From Flectonema sp. DT1601 (lineage: Eukaryota): a stretch of DNA of 64,000 bases. Positions 56,539-64,000 of the stretch are shown piece after piece; positions within the stretch are counted from its first letter, which is position 1, and every line of letters starts with the position of its first letter. The DNA is taken from positions 1,178,001 through 1,242,000 of the forward strand of contig OZ025791.1 in NCBI GenBank assembly GCA_964019425.1, written 5' to 3'. The position numbers and the translations under genes are program-made. The notes under the pieces were generated by a model, which was given only the letters and a program-made list of their open reading frames with translations, made no database searches and had not been told where the DNA came from.

Positions 56539-59500
56539 CTGGTCAGAAACTCCTGGGCAGCAAGAAGGAAAGTAGTTTAGTACTTCTGGGTGTTTGGCAT
56601 CACCCCCCATAGTGAGCAAGTACAACAGGTAGCATTGGTAGTCTGTTGATCCTGAGTGATCCCAGCTACAGTTTTGTTTTTCTTTCTTTTTTTTAGAAGA
56701 AGATCAGGACATCCAAGCACTGCTGGATAGTTGCTGAATGCAGGGCCTGCCTGTGGCATTATAATAACAGGCTAAGTCATTTGTAGTTCATAGTTTACCT
56801 TTGATTTTATAACTTCACACAGGGTACTATGAACGATGAGAGATCCAGTGGGATCACTCAGGGTCTAGTAGAGACCACCAATGTTGTGCGTTGATAGGCA
56901 AGGTGACCAACCTTGACATTCTTTCTTTTCTCTCCTGTTGTGACAAACACAAAATACACACACAGCTTACAGTGTGTTCTTTGTGTATGTTTTCTTCAGG
57001 TGTGAGTAGTTTTTTTGTTCTTGCTCTTCAGGGAGGGCCTTAGCCAAAAGCTAACAGTCCAAATCTCACCTGGTAAACTCAACTCAGTCTTTGTCAGTAT
57101 TGGCATCAAACCTGTAATGGTTACATTAACTACCATTTCAACAGGTTATTTACTGAAATATTTGTTCTAAAAGTTGCTAAGTATCTCTCACTTAGAAATT
57201 TTTTTTATTTTTTTATTTTCAGCTCAATTAGCTACAAAGTGTTTCTACTAAGTGTTTCTCACTTAGATTTTTTTTTTTGCTTTTCAGCTCCTTAAAAGCT
57301 GCTAAGTATTTTTGCTAAGTGTTTCTCACTTAGAATCTTATTGTTATGTTCGTTTTCTATCCCTTCTCCTATCCCTTTTGTTCAAAAAAAGCGGGAGGAA
57401 ATTCTCTCATTCATGCTAAGATGCACTCTGAACTTTGATTTTTTTGATCTGAGTGTGAGGGAATGACCTGTTAGTGCATTGGGCATAAGCTGGGCTGCAG
57501 TTTAGATGTCTTAGGTGTTAATAAGGGGTTCCTCTTAGCATTTTTCTTTGTTCCCACCTTATGATTTTCTTGAAGAAAAAAAATAGAAGTCATAATGGTG
57601 CTTCCCTCTGGAAGGGTTGTAAGCCATGGTGTCCAACTAAATTAAAGGACAAGTCTGGGATAATCCCTGCCAGAGGGGCGAGTATTCTACCATGGTTGAA
57701 ATACTCTGGCAACTGATCTTCAATTTTATGTTGTTTGTTAGCTGCTGGTGTATCTTGATTATGTGTTGATACTTGCATTTTCTTATTTGTAATCTTCTAT
57801 TACAATTCTCTTTCTGTTCTGGTCTGTTACTTCATTTGTCTTGTTTAACTTCAGTTATATCCATTTTACTTTTTATTGTTTCCCATCTACTTTTTATTTT
57901 CTATTAGTTCTGGTCAGAAACTCCTGGGCAGCAAGAAGGAAAGTAGTTTAGTACTTCTGGGTGTTTGGCATCACCCCCCATAGTGAGCAAGTACAACAGG
58001 TAGCATTGGTAGTCTGTTGATCCTGAGTGATCCCAGCTACAGTTTTGTTTTTCTTTCTTTTTTTTAGAAGAAGATCAGGACATCCAAGCACTGCTGGATA
58101 GTTGCTGAATGCAGGGCCTGCCTGTGGCATTATAATAACAGGCTAAGTCATTTGTAGTTCATAGTTTACCTTTGATTTTATAACTTCACACAGGGTACTA
58201 TGAACGATGAGAGATCCAGTGGGATCACTCAGGGTCTAGTAGAGACCACCAATGTTGTGCGTTGATAGGCAAGGTGACCAACCTTGACATTCTTTCTTTT
58301 CTCTCCTGTTGTGACAAACACAAAATACACACACAGCTTACAGTGTGTTCTTTGTGTATGTTTTCTTCAGGTGTGAGTAGTTTTTTTGTTCTTGCTCTTC
58401 AGGGAGGGCCTTAGCCAAAAGCTAACAGTCCAAATCTCACCTGGTAAACTCAACTCAGTCTTTGTCAGTATTGGCATCAAACCTGTAATGGTTACATTAA
58501 CTACCATTTCAACAGGTTATTTACTGAAATATTTGTTCTAAAAGTTGCTAAGTATCTCTCACTTAGAAATTTTTTTTATTTTTTTTATTTTCAGCTCAAT
58601 TAGCTACAAAGTGTTTCTACTAAGTGTTTCTCACTTAGATTTTTTTTTTTGCTTTTCAGCTCCTTAAAAGCTGCTAAGTATTTTTGCTAAGTGTTTCTCA
58701 CTTAGAATCTTATTGTTATGTTCGTTTTCTATCCCTTCTCCTATCCCTTTTGTTCAAAAAAAGCGGGAGGAAATTCTCTCATTCATGCTAAGATGCACTC
58801 TGAACTTTGATTTTTTTGATCTGAGTGTGAGGGAATGACCTGTTAGTGCATTGGGCATAAGCTGGGCTGCAGTTTAGATGTCTTAGGTGTTAATAAGGGG
58901 TTCCTCTTAGCATTTTTCTTTGTTCCCACCTTATGATTTTCTTGAAGAAAAAAAATAGAAGTCATAATGGTGCTTCCCTCTGGAAGGGTTGTAAGCCATG
59001 GTGTCCAACTAAATTAAAGGACAAGTCTGGGATAATCCCTGCCAGAGGGGCGAGTATTCTACCATGGTTGAAATACTCTGGCAACTGATCTTCAATTTTA
59101 TGTTGTTTGTTAGCTGCTGGTGTATCTTGATTATGTGTTGATACTTGCATTTTCTTATTTGTAATCTTCTATTACAATTCTCTTTCTGTTCTGGTCTGTT
59201 ACTTCATTTGTCTTGTTTAACTTCAGTTATATCCATTTTACTTTTTATTGTTTCCCATCTACTTTTTATTTTCTATTAGTTCTGGTCAGAAACTCCTGGG
59301 CAGCAAGAAGGAAAGTAGTTTAGTACTTCTGGGTGTTTGGCATCACCCCCCATAGTGAGCAAGTACAACAGGTAGCATTGGTAGTCTGTTGATCCTGAGT
59401 GATCCCAGCTACAGTTTTGTTTTTCTTTCTTTTTTTTAGAAGAAGATCAGGACATCCAAGCACTGCTGGATAGTTGCTGAATGCAGGGCCTGCCTGTGGC

Positions 59501-62500
59501 ATTATAATAACAGGCTAAGTCATTTGTAGTTCATAGTTTACCTTTGATTTTATAACTTCACACAGGGTACTATGAACGATGAGAGATCCAGTGGGATCAC
59601 TCAGGGTCTAGTAGAGACCACCAATGTTGTGCGTTGATAGGCAAGGTGACCAACCTTGACATTCTTTCTTTTCTCTCCTGTTGTGACAAACACAAAATAC
59701 ACACACAGCTTACAGTGTGTTCTTTGTGTATGTTTTCTTCAGGTGTGAGTAGTTTTTTTGTTCTTGCTCTTCAGGGAGGGCCTTAGCCAAAAGCTAACAG
59801 TCCAAATCTCACCTGGTAAACTCAACTCAGTCTTTGTCAGTATTGGCATCAAACCTGTAATGGTTACATTAACTACCATTTCAACAGGTTATTTACTGAA
59901 ATATTTGTTCTAAAAGTTGCTAAGTATCTCTCACTTAGAAATTTTTTTTATTTTTTTTATTTTCAGCTCAATTAGCTACAAAGTGTTTCTACTAAGTGTT
60001 TCTCACTTAGATTTTTTTTTTTGCTTTTCAGCTCCTTAAAAGCTGCTAAGTATTTTTGCTAAGTGTTTCTCACTTAGAATCTTATTGTTATGTTCGTTTT
60101 CTATCCCTTCTCCTATCCCTTTTGTTCAAAAAAAGCGGGAGGAAATTCTCTCATTCATGCTAAGATGCACTCTGAACTTTGATTTTTTTGATCTGAGTGT
60201 GAGGGAATGACCTGTTAGTGCATTGGGCATAAGCTGGGCTGCAGTTTAGATGTCTTAGGTGTTAATAAGGGGTTCCTCTTAGCATTTTTCTTTGTTCCCA
60301 CCTTATGATTTTCTTGAAGAAAAAAAATAGAAGTCATAATGGTGCTTCCCTCTGGAAGGGTTGTAAGCCATGGTGTCCAACTAAATTAAAGGACAAGTCT
60401 GGGATAATCCCTGCCAGAGGGGCGAGTATTCTACCATGGTTGAAATACTCTGGCAACTGATCTTCAATTTTATGTTGTTTGTTAGCTGCTGGTGTATCTT
60501 GATTATGTGTTGATACTTGCATTTTCTTATTTGTAATCTTCTATTACAATTCTCTTTCTGTTCTGGTCTGTTACTTCATTTGTCTTGTTTAACTTCAGTT
60601 ATATCCATTTTACTTTTTATTGTTTCCCATCTACTTTTTATTTTCTATTAGTTCTGGTCAGAAACTCCTGGGCAGCAAGAAGGAAAGTAGTTTAGTACTT
60701 CTGGGTGTTTGGCATCACCCCCCATAGTGAGCAAGTACAACAGGTAGCATTGGTAGTCTGTTGATCCTGAGTGATCCCAGCTACAGTTTTGTTTTTCTTT
60801 CTTTTTTTTAGAAGAAGATCAGGACATCCAAGCACTGCTGGATAGTTGCTGAATGCAGGGCCTGCCTGTGGCATTATAATAACAGGCTAAGTCATTTGTA
60901 GTTCATAGTTTACCTTTGATTTTATAACTTCACACAGGGTACTATGAACGATGAGAGATCCAGTGGGATCACTCAGGGTCTAGTAGAGACCACCAATGTT
61001 GTGCGTTGATAGGCAAGGTGACCAACCTTGACATTCTTTCTTTTCTCTCCTGTTGTGACAAACACAAAATACACACACAGCTTACAGTGTGTTCTTTGTG
61101 TATGTTTTCTTCAGGTGTGAGTAGTTTTTTTGTTCTTGCTCTTCAGGGAGGGCCTTAGCCAAAAGCTAACAGTCCAAATCTCACCTGGTAAACTCAACTC
61201 AGTCTTTGTCAGTATTGGCATCAAACCTGTAATGGTTACATTAACTACCATTTCAACAGGTTATTTACTGAAATATTTGTTCTAAAAGTTGCTAAGTATC
61301 TCTCACTTAGAAATTTTTTTTATTTTTTTATTTTCAGCTCAATTAGCTACAAAGTGTTTCTACTAAGTGTTTCTCACTTAGATTTTTTTTTTTGCTTTTC
61401 AGCTCCTTAAAAGCTGCTAAGTATTTTTGCTAAGTGTTTCTCACTTAGAATCTTATTGTTATGTTCGTTTTCTATCCCTTCTCCTATCCCTTTTGTTCAA
61501 AAAAAGCGGGAGGAAATTCTCTCATTCATGCTAAGATGCACTCTGAACTTTGATTTTTTTGATCTGAGTGTGAGGGAATGACCTGTTAGTGCATTGGGCA
61601 TAAGCTGGGCTGCAGTTTAGATGTCTTAGGTGTTAATAAGGGGTTCCTCTTAGCATTTTTCTTTGTTCCCACCTTATGATTTTCTTGAAGAAAAAAAATA
61701 GAAGTCATAATGGTGCTTCCCTCTGGAAGGGTTGTAAGCCATGGTGTCCAACTAAATTAAAGGACAAGTCTGGGATAATCCCTGCCAGAGGGGCGAGTAT
61801 TCTACCATGGTTGAAATACTCTGGCAACTGATCTTCAATTTTATGTTGTTTGTTAGCTGCTGGTGTATCTTGATTATGTGTTGATACTTGCATTTTCTTA
61901 TTTGTAATCTTCTATTACAATTCTCTTTCTGTTCTGGTCTGTTACTTCATTTGTCTTGTTTAACTTCAGTTATATCCATTTTACTTTTTATTGTTTCCCA
62001 TCTACTTTTTATTTTCTATTAGTTCTGGTCAGAAACTCCTGGGCAGCAAGAAGGAAAGTAGTTTAGTACTTCTGGGTGTTTGGCATCACCCCCCATAGTG
62101 AGCAAGTACAACAGGTAGCATTGGTAGTCTGTTGATCCTGAGTGATCCCAGCTACAGTTTTGTTTTTCTTTCTTTTTTTTAGAAGAAGATCAGGACATCC
62201 AAGCACTGCTGGATAGTTGCTGAATGCAGGGCCTGCCTGTGGCATTATAATAACAGGCTAAGTCATTTGTAGTTCATAGTTTACCTTTGATTTTATAACT
62301 TCACACAGGGTACTATGAACGATGAGAGATCCAGTGGGATCACTCAGGGTCTAGTAGAGACCACCAATGTTGTGCGTTGATAGGCAAGGTGACCAACCTT
62401 GACATTCTTTCTTTTCTCTCCTGTTGTGACAAACACAAAATACACACACAGCTTACAGTGTGTTCTTTGTGTATGTTTTCTTCAGGTGTGAGTAGTTTTT

Positions 62501-63942
62501 TTGTTCTTGCTCTTCAGGGAGGGCCTTAGCCAAAAGCTAACAGTCCAAATCTCACCTGGTAAACTCAACTCAGTCTTTGTCAGTATTGGCATCAAACCTG
62601 TAATGGTTACATTAACTACCATTTCAACAGGTTATTTACTGAAATATTTGTTCTAAAAGTTGCTAAGTATCTCTCACTTAGAAATTTTTTTTATTTTTTT
62701 ATTTTCAGCTCAATTAGCTACAAAGTGTTTCTACTAAGTGTTTCTCACTTAGATTTTTTTTTTTGCTTTTCAGCTCCTTAAAAGCTGCTAAGTATTTTTG
62801 CTAAGTGTTTCTCACTTAGAATCTTATTGTTATGTTCGTTTTCTATCCCTTCTCCTATCCCTTTTGTTCAAAAAAAGCGGGAGGAAATTCTCTCATTCAT
62901 GCTAAGATGCACTCTGAACTTTGATTTTTTTGATCTGAGTGTGAGGGAATGACCTGTTAGTGCATTGGGCATAAGCTGGGCTGCAGTTTAGATGTCTTAG
63001 GTGTTAATAAGGGGTTCCTCTTAGCATTTTTCTTTGTTCCCACCTTATGATTTTCTTGAAGAAAAAAAATAGAAGTCATAATGGTGCTTCCCTCTGGAAG
63101 GGTTGTAAGCCATGGTGTCCAACTAAATTAAAGGACAAGTCTGGGATAATCCCTGCCAGAGGGGCGAGTATTCTACCATGGTTGAAATACTCTGGCAACT
63201 GATCTTCAATTTTATGTTGTTTGTTAGCTGCTGGTGTATCTTGATTATGTGTTGATACTTGCATTTTCTTATTTGTAATCTTCTATTACAATTCTCTTTC
63301 TGTTCTGGTCTGTTACTTCATTTGTCTTGTTTAACTTCAGTTATATCCATTTTACTTTTTATTGTTTCCCATCTACTTTTTATTTTCTATTAGTTCTGGT
63401 CAGAAACTCCTGGGCAGCAAGAAGGAAAGTAGTTTAGTACTTCTGGGTGTTTGGCATCACCCCCCATAGTGAGCAAGTACAACAGGTAGCATTGGTAGTC
63501 TGTTGATCCTGAGTGATCCCAGCTACAGTTTTGTTTTTCTTTCTTTTTTTTAGAAGAAGATCAGGACATCCAAGCACTGCTGGATAGTTGCTGAATGCAG
63601 GGCCTGCCTGTGGCATTATAATAACAGGCTAAGTCATTTGTAGTTCATAGTTTACCTTTGATTTTATAACTTCACACAGGGTACTATGAACGATGAGAGA
63701 TCCAGTGGGATCACTCAGGGTCTAGTAGAGACCACCAATGTTGTGCGTTGATAGGCAAGGTGACCAACCTTGACATTCTTTCTTTTCTCTCCTGTTGTGA
63801 CAAACACAAAATACACACACAGCTTACAGTGTGTTCTTTGTGTATGTTTTCTTCAGGTGTGAGTAGTTTTTTTGTTCTTGCTCTTCAGGGAGGGCCTTAG
63901 CCAAAAGCTAACAGTCCAAATCTCACCTGGTAAACTCAACTC
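56539..63942 (+). repeat. Tandem array of 5.4 near-identical 1371-1372-bp units
   Basis: CTGGTCAGAAAC recurs at 56539, 57910, 59282, 60654, 62025 and 63396; the array ends at CCTGGTAAACTCAACTC and is flanked by satellite on both sides. Confidence 0.95.
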
Positions 63943-64000
63943 TTGTTTATTCTTTTTTTTTTTATTTTTTTTATATTCTTTTTTATTAACTTTGAAAAAA

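Overview
Eukaryotic (protist-like) DNA in two parts. A diplonemid/euglenozoan origin is my inference, not verified. Positions 1-20.8 kb hold four co-oriented minus-strand genes: the 5' end of a kinesin; CPSF160/CPSF1 with three short GT-AG introns at its 3' end (about 1441 aa once spliced); a CAP/SCP-domain protein; and a 4084-aa DUF3638/DUF3645-type P-loop NTPase with a Zn finger, EF-hands and a Vps62-like C-terminus. From about 21.6 kb to the end the window is a deeply nested repeat domain. Recognisable elements are a Mutator-like element (long TIRs, 9-bp TSD) carrying a broken hAT transposase, MULE/SWIM, piggyBac and DIRS-type RNase H fragments, two complete non-autonomous piggyBac copies (TTAA), a P/hAT-like element (8-bp TSD), a TA-TSD MITE, a tRNA-like remnant and a 6987-bp-offset segmental duplication. 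The most unusual content is three apparently non-coding, TIR-less mobile units that form head-to-tail multimers. (i) A 1371-bp unit with one fixed end, motif-biased variable ends, a 17-bp terminal redundancy and a 5.4-copy array. (ii) A 'GAATTTC-head plus triple-hairpin satellite' element with a fixed end that inserts mostly without TSD, twice at GAG^TA inside unit (i). (iii) A 1347-bp dimer joined through GATA at all three junctions. Their junctions suggest circular or rolling-circle-type intermediates, but no intact mobilising enzyme is present in the window.
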